Assembly (NCBI GenBank): GCA_035631315.1
Contig: DASQIZ010000069.1
Location: forward strand, 409 to 64,408
Source: Gemmatimonadales bacterium
Lineage (GTDB): Bacteria; Gemmatimonadota; Gemmatimonadetes; Gemmatimonadales; GWC2-71-9
DNA: 64,000 nucleotides
Direction of reading: 5' to 3'
The translations under genes and the position numbers were made by a program. Of the stretch, positions 18,930 through 30,749 are shown one piece after another; position 1 is the first letter of the stretch; each line of letters begins with the position of its first letter. The notes beneath the pieces were generated by a model. That model was not told the DNA's origin. It did not search any database and saw only the letters and a list, made by a program, of their open reading frames with translations.

Positions 18930-19964
18930 CTATCCGCCCCGGGTATGCATCTCCCGGTGGGGGTTCGCCCGCAACACGTCGGTGGGAACGAGCGGCGCCC
19001 GGTTCACGACCCGCAGCCGGTCCTCGGCACCGCGATCGGTCCGGCCCAGCCACGCGTCCCGAACGAGCGCCCCCAGCTCGCCGTCGCCGACGCCCCGGCG
19101 GAGGGCGTCGCGAAGATCGAGCCCCTGCTCCGCATACAGGCACAGGAACCACGTACCGTCGGCGGTAAGGCGGCTGCGGTCGCACGACCCGCAGAATGGT
19201 GCGGTCGTGGACGCGATGATCCCGAAGCGAGTGCCGTCCGACAGCCGGTACCGCTCCGCGGGCGCCGAGGGATTCCTGGGATCGGGGTCAGGCGTGGCGC
19301 TGCCGAACCGCGTCGCAATTCGCTCCAGGATCTCGGAACGGGACACCACCTGATCGCCCGACCAACGGGTCGCGCCGCCGACGTCCATGTACTCGATGAA
19401 CCGGACTTCCAGCCCGCGGCTCTGCCCGAACTCGATCAAGGCGGCGACCTCGTCATCGTTGAATCCGCGGATGACTACGGCGTTGAGCTTGATCTGTTCG
19501 AACCCCGCCCGCCGCGCCGCGTCGATTCCCTGCAGCACCGACAGGTGCCGGTCCGACTTGGCGAATGCCTCCATGCGGTCCGGATGGAGCGTATCGAGGC
19601 TGACCGTGACGCGGTCCAGTCCGGCCGCTTTGAGATCCTCGGCGTTCTTGGCGAGGAGCAGCCCATTCGTCGTCAGCGCGACGTCGGTGAGCCGACCGTC
19701 GCGCTTCAAGAGCTGAATGAGCTGCGCGAGGCCATGGCGCAGGAGGGGCTCCCCGCCGGTGAGCCGGATCTTGGTCACGCCCAACCCCGCGAAGACTCCG
19801 GTGAGCCTCGTGAGTTCTTCAAACGACAGAATCGATTCGCGCGGCAGCCAGACGTATTCGTCCTCCGGCATGCAGTACCGGCAGCGCAAGTTGCAGCGGT
19901 CCGTCACGGAGATCCGAAGACTCTTGAGGGGCCGCTGGAGGCGGTCGAGGACCGGGAGATTCAC
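18930..19964 (-). CDS. moaA: GTP 3',8-cyclase (radical SAM, molybdenum cofactor biosynthesis A)
   Basis: CNLRCRYCMP radical-SAM motif and C-terminal CGSCDRSRLTADG. GTG 19964 forms a GTGA overlap with the moaE stop. Confidence 0.85.
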   Translation of the reverse strand: MNLPVLDRLQRPLKSLRISVTDRCNLRCRYCMPEDEYVWLPRESILSFEELTRLTGVFAGLGVTKIRLTGGEPLLRHGLAQLIQLLKRDGRLTDVALTTNGLLLAKNAEDLKAAGLDRVTVSLDTLHPDRMEAFAKSDRHLSVLQGIDAARRAGFEQIKLNAVVIRGFNDDEVAALIEFGQSRGLEVRFIEYMDVGGATRWSGDQVVSRSEILERIATRFGSATPDPDPRNPSAPAERYRLSDGTRFGIIASTTAPFCGSCDRSRLTADGTWFLCLYAEQGLDLRDALRRGVGDGELGALVRDAWLGRTDRGAEDRLRVVNRAPLVPTDVLRANPHREMHTRGG

Positions 19965-20398
19965 TGCGGCCCCACCATGGACGGATGGCCCGACGGGTCC
20001 ACCCAGGTCGCGGTTCCGTCGGCGCGCAGCTCCTTCTTCCAGACCGGGAGGCGTTTCTTGACCTCTTCGATCACATGACGGCAGGCCGCGAACGCGTCGG
20101 CTCGATGGGGCGTAGCGACGGCGATCGCGATGCTCGCCTCCTCGGCGGCCACCAGCCCGAGCCGGTGCCGCACGGCCACGCGCGCGTCGGGCCACCGGCG
20201 ACGGGTCTCGGAAACGATGCGGTCCATCTCCGCCTCGGCCATCGCGTCATAGGCCGAGTACTCGATTGCGGTGACGCCTCCGTCTTCGGGGCCGTCGCGG
20301 ACCGTGCCCAGGAACGCACAGGTGCCCCCGCAATGCGGGGCCGCGACCTCGGCCAACAGCGCGTCGAGGGAGAGGGGCGCGGTCGAGAGGTAGGTCAT
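19961..20398 (-). CDS. moaE: molybdopterin synthase catalytic subunit
   Basis: ..GAVCAFLGTVRD-like region, RLPVWKKE. The ATG 20398 start overlaps the moaD stop (TGATG). Confidence 0.85.
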   Translation of the reverse strand: MTYLSTAPLSLDALLAEVAAPHCGGTCAFLGTVRDGPEDGGVTAIEYSAYDAMAEAEMDRIVSETRRRWPDARVAVRHRLGLVAAEEASIAIAVATPHRADAFAACRHVIEEVKKRLPVWKKELRADGTATWVDPSGHPSMVGPQ

Positions 20399-20685
20399 CA
20401 GCCGCCGGCGAGGGGAGGCAGGAACGCCAGCTCGTCGCCGTCGGCGACTGCCGCATCGAGTCGTACGTGCCGGAGGTTCAGTGCGGCCAGGGGCTGAGCC
20501 GGAAGGGCGGCGGTACCAGGCCACTCGTCGCGGATCCGGCTCATCACGTCCGAGACGGTGGCGGGGAGATGGACAGTCAACGTTCCCTCGCTGCGCCCCA
20601 CCAGCTCGGCGTAGCGCGCGAAGAACCGTACCCGCAGCGTCCCCACCGTCCCGGCCGTCCCGGCCGTCCCCGATACCCGGTTCAT
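20398..20685 (-). CDS. moaD: molybdopterin synthase sulfur-carrier subunit (MoaD/ThiS fold, C-terminal GG)
   Basis: Ends ..LPPLAGG and lies directly upstream of moaE. An alternative GTG start at 20646 would remove the (GTA)n N-terminal repeat. Confidence 0.8.
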   Translation of the reverse strand: MNRVSGTAGTAGTVGTLRVRFFARYAELVGRSEGTLTVHLPATVSDVMSRIRDEWPGTAALPAQPLAALNLRHVRLDAAVADGDELAFLPPLAGG

Positions 20686-20705
20686 CGGGGAGAACCTACA
20701 GGTTT

Positions 20706-22490
20706 CTACCGGCTGGTGGTACCCGTCGCGAGTCCGTGCCAGATCCGGGCCTGTTTCGCGGTCGGCGACCTCACCAGATCGAGAGTGATGTTCTCGACGT
20801 CACGCTCACGGACCGTGGCGTGCAAGGTGAGCTGTCGCCCTGCCCGATGCACCACGAGGTCGAGTGGTGCGCCCGCCTTCCCGTGGTACCGGCCGCGGAA
20901 CTCGGGACCGAAGTCCGCGGTGGCCGATGGAACCACGTCACCGATACGGATCAGCGTGTCGCCGGGCTCGAGTCCCGCGGCTGCAGCAACGCTCCCGGGA
21001 TTCACGCCGGTCAGGACCGCGAAGTTGGCGCCTGAAGTCGATACGCCAAGAGTGGGCACCGAGGAGTGCTCGACGTGGTAGTCGAGCCCCGCCTTGGCGA
21101 AGACCGCCGCGTACGGCAGCGAGTCCCGGCCATTGATGTAGCGCTGGTAGAACGTAGCCACGTCGGGTGCACCGTTCTCGCGCAGGAGGTCGAGTAATTC
21201 GGCGGTCGAGAATCCCTTCCCGGCCTGGTAGTAGCGGGTCCAGAGCCCGCGCATCACGTCATCCAGGGAGTGCCCGTTGTCGGTCGCATCGCGGATGGAG
21301 ATGTCGAGCAGGAGACCGGTGAGCGAGCCCTTGGGATAGTAGAGCTGGGAGCTGTTGACGTAGACCTCGTCGATCCACGTCGCCTCGGAGCCGTCCTCCT
21401 CACTCCACGGCTCGGGCGCCGAATTCACCTGGTCGATGTTCTGATGCACGTGATCGATGAAGTCGGAATCGGTCCAGATGTGGGCTCGCCAGTTCGTGAG
21501 GTCGGCGTAGTAGTCGGTGACGCCTTCCGACCACCAGAGCAGCGGCGTGTACTGCTCGTCGCGGTATTCATAGGGCCACATCTCGACAGGCCGGATCCGC
21601 TTCACGTTCCAGAGATGGAAAAACTCGTGGGCCATCAGCGGATTCATGAACCCGCCCAGCGTTCCATCCGGCGCGGCGAAACCGGGCCCGGCGGGCATGA
21701 TGTCGAACTGGCTGTAGAGGTGCTCGAGGCCCCCCGCCCAGTTGATGGTATCCCGCACGACGTCGAAGAAAATCGTGTAGACGTCGTAGGGCGCCCCGCC
21801 CATCAAGCGGTCCTGCACGTCCGCCATCTTCGACACCGATGCACGCATCGAGGCCTGGACCGCCGGCGTGTAGTCGGAGGCGGGCCATACCGCGATGCGG
21901 ATCCACTTCCCTCCCACCTGCAGCGAGTCGACGTTGAAATGTCCGAGGAATGTTTCGGCATCAGCGAGCACGTCGTAGTTCGGCGCGGTGTAGACACCGC
22001 TCCCGGCCGACTTGAGCGCCGTCGTCACGCGCCACCCATCGGGCACCGAGAACCGGACTTCCGCGGGGCGATCGAGATGACCTGGCTGGTACAGGAACAG
22101 GTTGGTGCCGAGGAACTGCGCCAGATCGCCGTGGATGCGCGCCATCGAGAGATCGATCGTGTCCGTCAACTCTTCAAACGACACGCTCACCGCTTGCGCG
22201 CCGCCCGTCGGCACGCGCCACGTCGTCTTGTCGGCGCGGTCCCAGAACAACGTGCGGCCCGAACCGTCCCGCGCGCCGAAGTGGCGAACGAAGCGGGCGT
22301 AATTCTGGATCGCGTAATTGCCGGGGCTCCACGCGGGCAGGGCGACGTACAGGGTATCCACTCCGGCGGTCGGGAACGTGGCCTCGACGCGGAACAGCTT
22401 GGTGCTGGGATCGGGAACTGAGACCTCATACCGGACGGTCTGAGCGGAGAGCGGTAAAGCAATGAGGGCAAAGAAGATTTGGCGCACCAC
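20706..22490 (-). CDS. M61 family glycyl aminopeptidase with C-terminal PDZ domain, exported
   Basis: HEFFHLWNVKRIRP motif and a PDZ-like GLEPGDTLIRIGD. GTG 22490 is preferred (GGGAG 5 nt upstream, signal VVRQIFFALIALPLSAQ); the track start is 22574. Confidence 0.8.
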   Translation of the reverse strand: MVRQIFFALIALPLSAQTVRYEVSVPDPSTKLFRVEATFPTAGVDTLYVALPAWSPGNYAIQNYARFVRHFGARDGSGRTLFWDRADKTTWRVPTGGAQAVSVSFEELTDTIDLSMARIHGDLAQFLGTNLFLYQPGHLDRPAEVRFSVPDGWRVTTALKSAGSGVYTAPNYDVLADAETFLGHFNVDSLQVGGKWIRIAVWPASDYTPAVQASMRASVSKMADVQDRLMGGAPYDVYTIFFDVVRDTINWAGGLEHLYSQFDIMPAGPGFAAPDGTLGGFMNPLMAHEFFHLWNVKRIRPVEMWPYEYRDEQYTPLLWWSEGVTDYYADLTNWRAHIWTDSDFIDHVHQNIDQVNSAPEPWSEEDGSEATWIDEVYVNSSQLYYPKGSLTGLLLDISIRDATDNGHSLDDVMRGLWTRYYQAGKGFSTAELLDLLRENGAPDVATFYQRYINGRDSLPYAAVFAKAGLDYHVEHSSVPTLGVSTSGANFAVLTGVNPGSVAAAAGLEPGDTLIRIGDVVPSATADFGPEFRGRYHGKAGAPLDLVVHRAGRQLTLHATVRERDVENITLDLVRSPTAKQARIWHGLATGTTSR

Positions 22491-22592
22491 GCTGGCTCCC
22501 AGGTCTTGGCAATTGTCACAGAAAGGGCTTAAAACAATGCGGCCCCAACGTTTAGTCGGGGCCAGGAGTTTCACTCATGCGACGAACCGCGA

Positions 22593-22910
22593 TTACGAAA
22601 CGACTTCCTGACCGCTCGCGTCCGCGACCATCGCACGCAACTCTTTGCTGGGCTTGAAGACAGGCACCGGCCGAGCTGCGACTTCTACCGGGTCACCGGT
22701 ACGGGGGTTCCGGGCCATGCGGGTCTTCCGCTGGCGGATCTTGAAGGTCCCAAAGCCACGTATCTCAATGTTATGCTGCTCAGATAGCGCTGCCTTGACT
22801 GCGTCCAAGAAGGAATCCACCACGCGTGCGCAGTCCTTCTTGGAAATCAAAGGACCAGCGGTACGCGCGATTTGGGCGGTCACCTTCTCGACGAGATCTG
22901 CCTTCGTCAT
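22593..22910 (-). CDS. HU/IHF family nucleoid-associated DNA-binding protein
   Basis: ..IEIRGFGTFKIRQRKTRMARNPRTGDPVEV.. is canonical for the IHF/HU arm. Start at ATG 22910. Confidence 0.85.
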   Translation of the reverse strand: MTKADLVEKVTAQIARTAGPLISKKDCARVVDSFLDAVKAALSEQHNIEIRGFGTFKIRQRKTRMARNPRTGDPVEVAARPVPVFKPSKELRAMVADASGQEVVS

Positions 22911-22966
22911 CCGTTCCCCCTGAGGGCACAAGGGTCCCAAGACCGGGGGGCATATTACGAGCTAGC

Positions 22967-24046
22967 CTATTGACTGTCAAGAGCTTGGAGGAACTCTCGG
23001 AAGTGTCCTTGGGCATCATGCGGGCCTGGCGACGCCTCAGGATGGTACTGGACGGCGAAAATCGGGGCGTCGCGGTGACGCACCCCTTCGACCGTTCCGT
23101 CGTTGAGGTTGAGGTGGGTGACCTCAAGTGACTTCGCACCGGGCACCCCGCTGGTGTCACCCTTCACTGCAAATCCGTGGTTCTGGGACGTGATAAGTAC
23201 TTGTCCTGTCTTCACATCCCTCACAGGATGGTTCCCGCCACGGTGCCCGTAGGGGAGCTTCACGGTTTCCCCACCCAGCGCGAGACCGAGCAACTGATGG
23301 CCGAGGCAGATGCCGAAAATGGGGAGCTTCCCGTCGGCCAAGGTGCGGATCGTGTTGATGGCGTACCCCACCGCGGCGGGGTCGCCAGGACCGTTGGAGA
23401 GGAACACCCCGTCCGGTGCGAGCTCCCGGACCTGCGCGGCGGTGGTTGCCGCAGGGACCACGGTGACGCGGCAGCCGTTCTGCACGAACAGACGAAGAAT
23501 ATTCCGCTTCATGCCGAAGTCGTACGCCACGACGTGGTGATTGGCGTCCTTCGGTCCCTCTGCATACCGCTGCTCGACCGTCGCTTTGCTGGCGAGATCG
23601 AGTCCGTTCATGTCCGGTGAAGATGCGAGCAACCGGCGGACGTCGTCGGTCGGCTGATCACCGAGCGCGAGCGCCCCACGCATCGCGCCCTTCGAGCGGA
23701 TGTGTCGCGTGAGTTGACGGGTGTCGACGTCCGTGATCAGTGGGACCCGCGCTTCGGAGAGCCACTCGAGCAATGGACCGGTGGCGCGCCAGTTCGACGG
23801 CTGCACCGACAGCTCGCGCACGACCACGCCCGCTACGCGCGGCCGGTCCGATTCGACGTCCTCGGGATTGATCCCGTAGTTGCCGATCATCGGTGCCGTC
23901 ATCACGACGAGCTGACCGAGATACGAGGGGTCCGTAAAGACCTCCTGATATCCGCTCAGATTCGTGGTAAAGACGACTTCGGCGCACGTGGTCTCGAATG
24001 GGAGTGGCGCGGTTCCAGGGAACCAGGCGCCATCCTCGAGCAGCAC
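22967..24046 (-). CDS. carA: carbamoyl-phosphate synthase small (glutamine amidotransferase) subunit
   Basis: LEDG..F.G.., [21 protein letters not shown] catalytic Cys, [11 protein letters not shown]. Confidence 0.9.
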   Translation of the reverse strand: MLLEDGAWFPGTAPLPFETTCAEVVFTTNLSGYQEVFTDPSYLGQLVVMTAPMIGNYGINPEDVESDRPRVAGVVVRELSVQPSNWRATGPLLEWLSEARVPLITDVDTRQLTRHIRSKGAMRGALALGDQPTDDVRRLLASSPDMNGLDLASKATVEQRYAEGPKDANHHVVAYDFGMKRNILRLFVQNGCRVTVVPAATTAAQVRELAPDGVFLSNGPGDPAAVGYAINTIRTLADGKLPIFGICLGHQLLGLALGGETVKLPYGHRGGNHPVRDVKTGQVLITSQNHGFAVKGDTSGVPGAKSLEVTHLNLNDGTVEGVRHRDAPIFAVQYHPEASPGPHDAQGHFREFLQALDSQ

Positions 24047-24062
24047 GTAAGCCGGTTTCAGA

Positions 24063-24431
24063 TCAGGGGCGCGGTGTGGGGTTGTTTGGAGCCGCGGGTT
24101 GCGACGTGGTGGTCGGAGCGGGCGCGCTCTGCAGCGGCAGCGGAGCCGGCTGCGTCGCCGGCGCCTGGATCTGTCCCTGGAGGACCGAGCGCGGCGCCGC
24201 GTTGTGGGACGACATGAAGGCCAGGACGAGTGCCAGGAACAGGAAGATCCCGGCGCACCACCAGGTCGCCTTGGTCAGCAGGGTGACCGTCTGCCGGCCC
24301 CCCATGAACATGTCGGTGCCCGCTCCCCCGCCCAGGGACGCGAGTCCTCCGCCCTGACCGGCCTGGAGGAGAACCGCAGTGCCAAGGATGAGCGCGTCGA
24401 GCAGCAGGAGGACAAGAAAAAAGGTGTACAT
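24063..24431 (-). CDS. secG: preprotein translocase subunit SecG (with Pro/Ala/Gln-rich tail)
   Basis: [30 protein letters not shown].. is a typical SecG. Start at ATG 24431 inside the longer track ORF. Confidence 0.8.
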   Translation of the reverse strand: MYTFFLVLLLLDALILGTAVLLQAGQGGGLASLGGGAGTDMFMGGRQTVTLLTKATWWCAGIFLFLALVLAFMSSHNAAPRSVLQGQIQAPATQPAPLPLQSAPAPTTTSQPAAPNNPTPRP

Positions 24432-24448
24432 GTCGGGGCGTATGATAC

Positions 24449-25198
24449 CTAGGGGGCGCCAGTTCGCACAAGTTGTGCCCAGCCATCGGGTTCCAGCGAG
24501 GCGCCGCCCACCAAAACGCCGTCGACTTCGGCCTCTCCCAGGAGGGCAGCGATGTTTCCGAGGTTCACGCTCCCACCATAGAGGATCTGGGGGCGCTGAG
24601 CGCCATGCCCGGAGAGCCACTTCCTGATCTCCCGGTGGACCTCCCCGGCGTCCTGCGGGGTTGCGTTCCGTCCCGTTCCGATGGCCCATACCGGCTCATA
24701 GGCCAGCACGACCTTTTGCACGTCAGCGGCACCGAGACCGTCCAAGGCGCCCGCCAATTGTCTGGTGACCACGGTGAGCGTATTCCCCGCCTCCCGCTCC
24801 TTCAACTCCTCCCCGACGCACAGCATCGGCGTCAGACCCGCGGCGAGCGCCGCCCGCACCTTCTTCGCGGTATCCGCATCGGTCTCGCCGAAGATCTTCC
24901 GGCGCTCGGAGTGACCGACCAGCGTGGCGCGAGCGCCCGCCTGCGACACGATTCCGGCGGATTGGGCGCCCGTGTAGGCGCCCTTCGGGTCCCAGTGAAT
25001 GTCCTGGGCGCCGACGCGAATGTCGCTCCGGCCCTGCACGGCACCCGCCACCGCCTCCAGCGACGCGGCAGGCGGAAAAAACCAGACTTCACGTCCGGGA
25101 ATGGGAGCCGACTTGGCGAGAAAGGTGGCGCAGTACGCCCGGGCATCGGTCGGCCCGAGGTGCATCTTCCAGTTTGCCGCAAAGAGCAGTTGCTTCAC
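24449..25198 (-). CDS. tpiA: triose-phosphate isomerase
   Basis: [25 protein letters not shown] motifs. GTGA overlap with pgk. Confidence 0.9.
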   Translation of the reverse strand: MKQLLFAANWKMHLGPTDARAYCATFLAKSAPIPGREVWFFPPAASLEAVAGAVQGRSDIRVGAQDIHWDPKGAYTGAQSAGIVSQAGARATLVGHSERRKIFGETDADTAKKVRAALAAGLTPMLCVGEELKEREAGNTLTVVTRQLAGALDGLGAADVQKVVLAYEPVWAIGTGRNATPQDAGEVHREIRKWLSGHGAQRPQILYGGSVNLGNIAALLGEAEVDGVLVGGASLEPDGWAQLVRTGAP

Positions 25199-26375
25199 GC
25201 GCCTTCGAGCGCAACGACGCCGGGGAGGGGCTTTCCTTCCAGAAACTCGAGGGACGCGCCGCCACCGGTCGAGACGTGCGAGAGCTTGTCCTCAAGACCG
25301 GCGACCGCGGCCGCCGAATCACCGCCACCGACGATGGTGACGGCCCCCTTGGCTCCCGCTTCGACCAGCGCATTCGCGACCGCGCGTGTGCCCGCATCGA
25401 ATGGCGGCGTCTCGAAAACGCCCATCGGACCGTTCCAGAGCACCGTCTTGGCCTTGAGGATCCGGGCCCGGAAGTCCGCGGCCGTCGCCTGATCGATGTC
25501 ATAGACTGCCCATCCGGCGGGAATCGCGTCCGACGCGACACTCTTCCGCTCCGCCGACCGATCGAGTGCGGGCGCGATCACCGCGCCGCGGGGGAGAATG
25601 AGCTTCTTCCCGGCCTTCGTCAGGAGGGCCTTGGCGAGATCGATCCGGTCCCGTTCCACGAGGGACGACCCGATCTCAAAACCCATCGCGGCGAAGAACG
25701 TGCAAGCCATCGCGCCGCCGATCAGCACTTCGTCGACGCGCGGGAGGAGCGACTCGATGACGTCAATCTTGCCCGAGATCTTCGCGCCGCCGAGCACCGC
25801 GACGAAGGGTCGCTTGGGAGACGCGAGCGCCTCGCCGAGGTACTTCAGCTCCTTCTGCATCAGGAATCCGGCCACCGCCGGCTTCAGGAGGTGCGCGACC
25901 GCTTCGGTAGAGCTGTGCGCGCGATGTGCCGACCCAAACGCGTCGTTCACGTAGAAGTCGCCGAGGGCGGCGAACGTCTTGGCGAGCTCCGGATCATTTT
26001 TCTCCTCCCCGGGCCAGAAGCGCGTGTTCTCCACCAGCGCGACTCCGCCCCGGGGCATGCGCTTGGTCGCCGCCACGCCGGCCACGGGATCCGGGATGAA
26101 CTCGACGGGTGCGCCGAGCAACTTCTCGAGCGTCGGGACGACCTGCGTGAGGGAGTATTGCGGGTCGGGGCCACCCTTCGGACGCCCCAGGTGTGAGAGG
26201 AGAACGACCCGGGCGCCGCCATCGCGGAGATACTTGATGGTGGGAAGCGCGGCCCGGATGCGCGTATCGTCCGTCACCGCGCCGTTCTTGAGCGGCACGT
26301 TGAAGTCGACCCGCACCAGTGCCCGCTTTCCGTCGAGCGCTTCCTTGGGGAGGTCGCTCAGCGCCCGCTTCGCCA

Positions 26376-26376
<1 letters not shown>
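25195..26376 (-). CDS. pgk: phosphoglycerate kinase
   Basis: [34 protein letters not shown] 26376 overlaps the gap TAG stop by 1 nt. Confidence 0.9.
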
Positions 26377-27386
<1,010 letters not shown>

Positions 27387-27395
27387 CGCGCGCTC

Positions 27396-28118
27396 CTACG
27401 TGAAGTCGGGGATAACGGCGCGGCCGAATGTGATGGCCGCGATGTGAGTGGTGCCTGCTTGCGCCGCTGCGTGAGCTGCAGCCGCCAGCGTTGCGCCAGT
27501 CGTAAAGACGTCGTCGACCAGAACGAGTGCGGGCTGACCGCCACTCCGCACTCCGCGCTCGCCACTTCGCACTCGGAATGCCCCCGCCACGTTCGCCAGA
27601 CGCGAGGCCGGTGTCAACGTGGTCTGTGTCTCGGTCTCACGCGCTCTGGTCAGCCACCCAGTCAACACTGGAATCCGCCACGCCGTTCCCAGCGCCCGCG
27701 CCAGCACTTCGCTCTGATTGTATCCGCGCCGCGCCAGTCGTTTCGGAGCGAGCGGGATGGGCACCAGCGCCGCGCCGGTCGGCGGCGCGGCCAGACGCCG
27801 GATCATCACGGCCGCGAGGTCCGCCGCGATGCGCGGGAGTCCTCCGTATTTCAGGGCGTGGACCGCCCGTCGGGCCGGCACGTCGAGCCAGACGGCGGAC
27901 CGGGCGCGCTCGAATGCCGGAACCCACTCGTGGCAGAGCCGGCACGGACCGAAGTGAGGCTCAGGTTGCCCGCAGCGGTCGCACCAGGGGGGCGACACGG
28001 CCCGCCAGCGATGACGACAGATGGCGCAGACGACGTCGTTGGCTTTCGGGAATGGCAGGAGGGCATGGCAGAGGAGGCATTCGGCGGGGAGAAAGAGCTG
28101 GGCCAGGGCTTCACGCAC
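27396..28118 (-). CDS. comF: ComF family phosphoribosyltransferase-like protein
   Basis: N-terminal Cys4 zinc-ribbon pattern (C..C ... C..C) and the C-terminal PRT motif [13 protein letters not shown]. Confidence 0.75.
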   Translation of the reverse strand: MREALAQLFLPAECLLCHALLPFPKANDVVCAICRHRWRAVSPPWCDRCGQPEPHFGPCRLCHEWVPAFERARSAVWLDVPARRAVHALKYGGLPRIAADLAAVMIRRLAAPPTGAALVPIPLAPKRLARRGYNQSEVLARALGTAWRIPVLTGWLTRARETETQTTLTPASRLANVAGAFRVRSGERGVRSGGQPALVLVDDVFTTGATLAAAAHAAAQAGTTHIAAITFGRAVIPDFT

Positions 28119-28932
28119 GAAGGGCGCGCTCCACGGCGGCCCGCATCACCTCCACCGGGGCATGCACGTCGGGAAAAAATCGCTCGAACGCGGCGGCACC
28201 TTGCGCCACCAACATCGCGCGCCCGTCACTCACCCGCCGGCCACCCTTCCCCAGCGCCTTGACCCACGCAGTGCCGCCGCGCCGGTACACGAGGTCGAGG
28301 ACCACGGAGCTCTTCCCGACCTGCTCCGCCTGTAGTGGGAGCGGATCGTTCTCCCGGAGCCCGAGCGGCGTCGCGTTGATCACCACTTCGGCCGCACCAT
28401 CAGGCTCGGGGCTCGCCTCGAGCGCAAGACTCTTCCTGGCCCACTCGACGAACCGCCGCGCGGTCTCGTGCATCCGGGACTTCACGTGGAGGATGGCGCC
28501 CCGGTCGGCGGCGGCGGCCGCCACGGCACGCGCCGAGCCGCCCGTGCCAAGCACCAGCCATCGGCCGCCTCGCGCGACGCCGAGCTGGTCCAGCGCCTGC
28601 AAGACGCCGGCCACATCCGTGTTGTCTCCAACCAGCTCGCCGTGCTCCACCCAGAACGTATTGCACGCACCCGTGCGGGTGCACGCATCCGTTTTCCGCG
28701 CGACGTATCCCGCGGCTGCTTCCTTGTGCGGGACCGTGATGTTGCCGCCGGCGCCAACGGTGGTGAGTGCGGAGAGTACGGAGCCCAGCGCCTGGGCCGG
28801 GGTCCTCAACGCGACGTAAGTCCCGGGAATGCCGAGGGCATGCATCGCAGCGTTGTGCATGGCGGGAGACAGGGAGTGGGACACAGGATCTCCCACGATG
28901 GCGAGCAGCCGTGGGTCAGCGAGGGGAGCCAC
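28111..28932 (-). CDS. aroE: shikimate dehydrogenase
   Basis: IVGDPVSHSLSPAMHNAA.., NVTVPHK, GTGGSARAV. Confidence 0.85.
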   Translation of the reverse strand: MAPLADPRLLAIVGDPVSHSLSPAMHNAAMHALGIPGTYVALRTPAQALGSVLSALTTVGAGGNITVPHKEAAAGYVARKTDACTRTGACNTFWVEHGELVGDNTDVAGVLQALDQLGVARGGRWLVLGTGGSARAVAAAAADRGAILHVKSRMHETARRFVEWARKSLALEASPEPDGAAEVVINATPLGLRENDPLPLQAEQVGKSSVVLDLVYRRGGTAWVKALGKGGRRVSDGRAMLVAQGAAAFERFFPDVHAPVEVMRAAVERALRA

Positions 28933-29392
28933 CGGCGGCCTCCCGGGCCAGCCGTTCGACCACGGCGGTGATCAGCGCGTCCAGCTCCGCGCACGTCTCG
29001 CGATAGACCTCGAGGTCTCCGCCGAAGGGGTCACTCACCTCGGCGTCGCCGGACCGGCCCGCGAACTCCCCGAGCACGAACACCCGGCCGTCGCCACCCA
29101 GCTCATCCACCCGCGCGCGATGGTGGCGCGCCATGGTGAGGATGAGATCCGACTCCTCCACGAGCTCGCGCGTAAGCAGCCGGGCACGGTGACTGGAGAG
29201 ATCGAGGCCACGCTCCAGCGCCACGAGGTAAGCGCCTTCGGAGGCGGGCGCGCCGTCCCACGCCCCCGTCCCCGCCGACGAGACATCCATGTGGTTCAGC
29301 TCACGGTCCTTGAGGGCCTTGGTGAGCAGCGCCGCGGCGAGGGGACTGCGGCAGATATTCCCGGTGCACACGAGGAGGACGCGCTTGGTCAT
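28916..29392 (-). CDS. low-molecular-weight protein-tyrosine phosphatase
   Basis: VLLVCTGNICRSP (CX5R-S P-loop) and DPFGG. The ATG 29392 start is ATGA-coupled to the upstream gene. Confidence 0.8.
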   Translation of the reverse strand: MTKRVLLVCTGNICRSPLAAALLTKALKDRELNHMDVSSAGTGAWDGAPASEGAYLVALERGLDLSSHRARLLTRELVEESDLILTMARHHRARVDELGGDGRVFVLGEFAGRSGDAEVSDPFGGDLEVYRETCAELDALITAVVERLAREAAGGSPR

Positions 29393-30045
29393 GGGGCCAG
29401 TGCTCCGACCGCCGCGCGCAGCTCCGCCCGGGACAACGCACCAGGGCGAACCAGCCGGGGAGTCGGAGTCGTGCAATCGACCACGGTGGAGGGCGGCCGG
29501 TTCCCGAGCACGCCCCCGTCCAGCACCAGGAGCCGGCCATCCTTCACGGCCGTGGCGAAGTCCCGGACGATCGCGGCCGCACCGGGTTCCGGGGGCTGGC
29601 CCGGCAGGTTGGCGGAGGTGGACGTCAACGGCTCACCGAGATGCGCCACCAGGGCGGCGATGAGCGGGTGCGATGTCCACCGCACCGCGATCCCTCCTTC
29701 CGGGCCGCGCAGCAGATCGGGGAGCCGGCCACTGCCGCCGGGCAGCACGAGCGTGATTGGCCCCGGCCAGAACGCACGAGCCAACGCGTCCGCCGCGTCG
29801 CTGAACGCCAGCCCATACGACTCGGCCATCTCGCGGTTCGACACGAGCAGCAGGAAGGGCTTTCCGGGTTCGCGGCCTTTGAGCTGCGACAGCGCGTTCA
29901 CCGGCTCCGCGCGGGCGACGGAGCCCAGTCCGTAGACGGTCTCTGTCGGATACGCGAGCAATCCGCCGGAGCGCACATGCGCCGCTACCCGGGGCGTCGA
30001 GGACGAGGCGCTCTGGAGTGAATCGAAGGGCACTACACCGGTCAT
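29389..30045 (-). CDS. tsaC: L-threonylcarbamoyladenylate synthase (TsaC/YrdC/Sua5 family)
   Basis: YPTETVYGLG, SANLPG.., about 218 aa YrdC-domain protein. Confidence 0.8.
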   Translation of the reverse strand: MTGVVPFDSLQSASSSTPRVAAHVRSGGLLAYPTETVYGLGSVARAEPVNALSQLKGREPGKPFLLLVSNREMAESYGLAFSDAADALARAFWPGPITLVLPGGSGRLPDLLRGPEGGIAVRWTSHPLIAALVAHLGEPLTSTSANLPGQPPEPGAAAIVRDFATAVKDGRLLVLDGGVLGNRPPSTVVDCTTPTPRLVRPGALSRAELRAAVGALAP

Positions 30046-30749
30046 CGCAGCTCACGAGCGAGGGCGTCGGCGATCCGGAAATCGTCGGGTGTGGTCACCT
30101 TGAAGTTATGCGGAGTATCGGGCACCACGTCTACGGGGAACCCGGCGCGCTCACACAGTTCCCCATCGTCGGTCGGAGGGGGGTCCGCCAGCTTGAGGCG
30201 GTTGAAGGCTTCCAGGAGCATGGTTCGCGGGAACCCCTGAGGTGTCTGCGCGCGCCAGAGTCCATTCCGGGGAACGGTCCGGGTCACGCGGGCCTCTCCC
30301 GACACTTCCTTGACCGTGTCCGACAGCGGGACCGCCGCCACCGCCCCCACCCCGCTCCGCGCCCGGGCGATCACCGCGTCGATCGTCGTCCGGCTGGGAA
30401 AGGGACGGGCCGCGTCGTGGACCAGGATGAAACGGCAGTCGGCCCGCAGTGCTTTCACGCCCGAGCGCACCGAGTCGGTCCGGCTCTCTCCACCGCGGGC
30501 GAGGATCAGCCGGTCCCCCGTCACCTTCGCGAGCCACTCGGGGGGATGTTCGACGAACGCCCGGGGCAGTACGACGGACACCTGCGACACCTCAGGGTGC
30601 GACGTGAAGGGGCGCAGGGCGCGCAGGAGCATCGGGATGCCGAGGATGGGGCGGAACTGCTTGGGCTCTCCGGGACCTGCCCGGAGCCCTGCACCAGCCG
30701 CGACGATGACGGCGCCGACGTCAGGCGGCGAGGCGCCGGGCGAGCTCAC
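30042..30749 (-). CDS. ispD: 2-C-methyl-D-erythritol 4-phosphate cytidylyltransferase
   Basis: AVIVAAGAGLR.G...K.F, LVHDAARP, TPQGF motifs. Start is uncertain: GTG 30749 is the closest canonical start to the conserved N-terminus; the track start is 30887. Confidence 0.75.
   Translation of the reverse strand: MSSPGASPPDVGAVIVAAGAGLRAGPGEPKQFRPILGIPMLLRALRPFTSHPEVSQVSVVLPRAFVEHPPEWLAKVTGDRLILARGGESRTDSVRSGVKALRADCRFILVHDAARPFPSRTTIDAVIARARSGVGAVAAVPLSDTVKEVSGEARVTRTVPRNGLWRAQTPQGFPRTMLLEAFNRLKLADPPPTDDGELCERAGFPVDVVPDTPHNFKVTTPDDFRIADALARELR

Noticed and set aside
17890-19185. 117-codon Arg/Pro-rich N-terminal extension of the ABC ATPase, and similar extensions on icd (to 41988), secG (to 24689), LMW-PTP (to 29476), the anti-sigma gene (to 54332), moaA (to 20195) and moaE (to 20524)
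   Set aside because: In each case an internal ATG or GTG coincides with the conserved family N-terminus, an SD sequence, or an ATGA/GTGA junction with the upstream gene. The extensions overlap neighbouring genes and have non-coding-like composition.
20646-20672. 3 x 9-bp tandem repeat (CCGTCCCGG) at the 5' end of moaD, encoding (GTA)(GTA)(GTV)
   Set aside because: It is very short, lies in a possibly untranslated N-terminal extension (alternative GTG start at 20646), and shows no evidence of function. Slippage-type microsatellite noise seems most likely.
20686-20705. Possible Moco riboswitch upstream of moaD, or a cobalamin/other riboswitch upstream of the TBDR (42207..42279)
   Set aside because: The intergenic gaps (20 nt and 73 nt) are too short to hold these aptamers, and no conserved riboswitch core sequences were seen.
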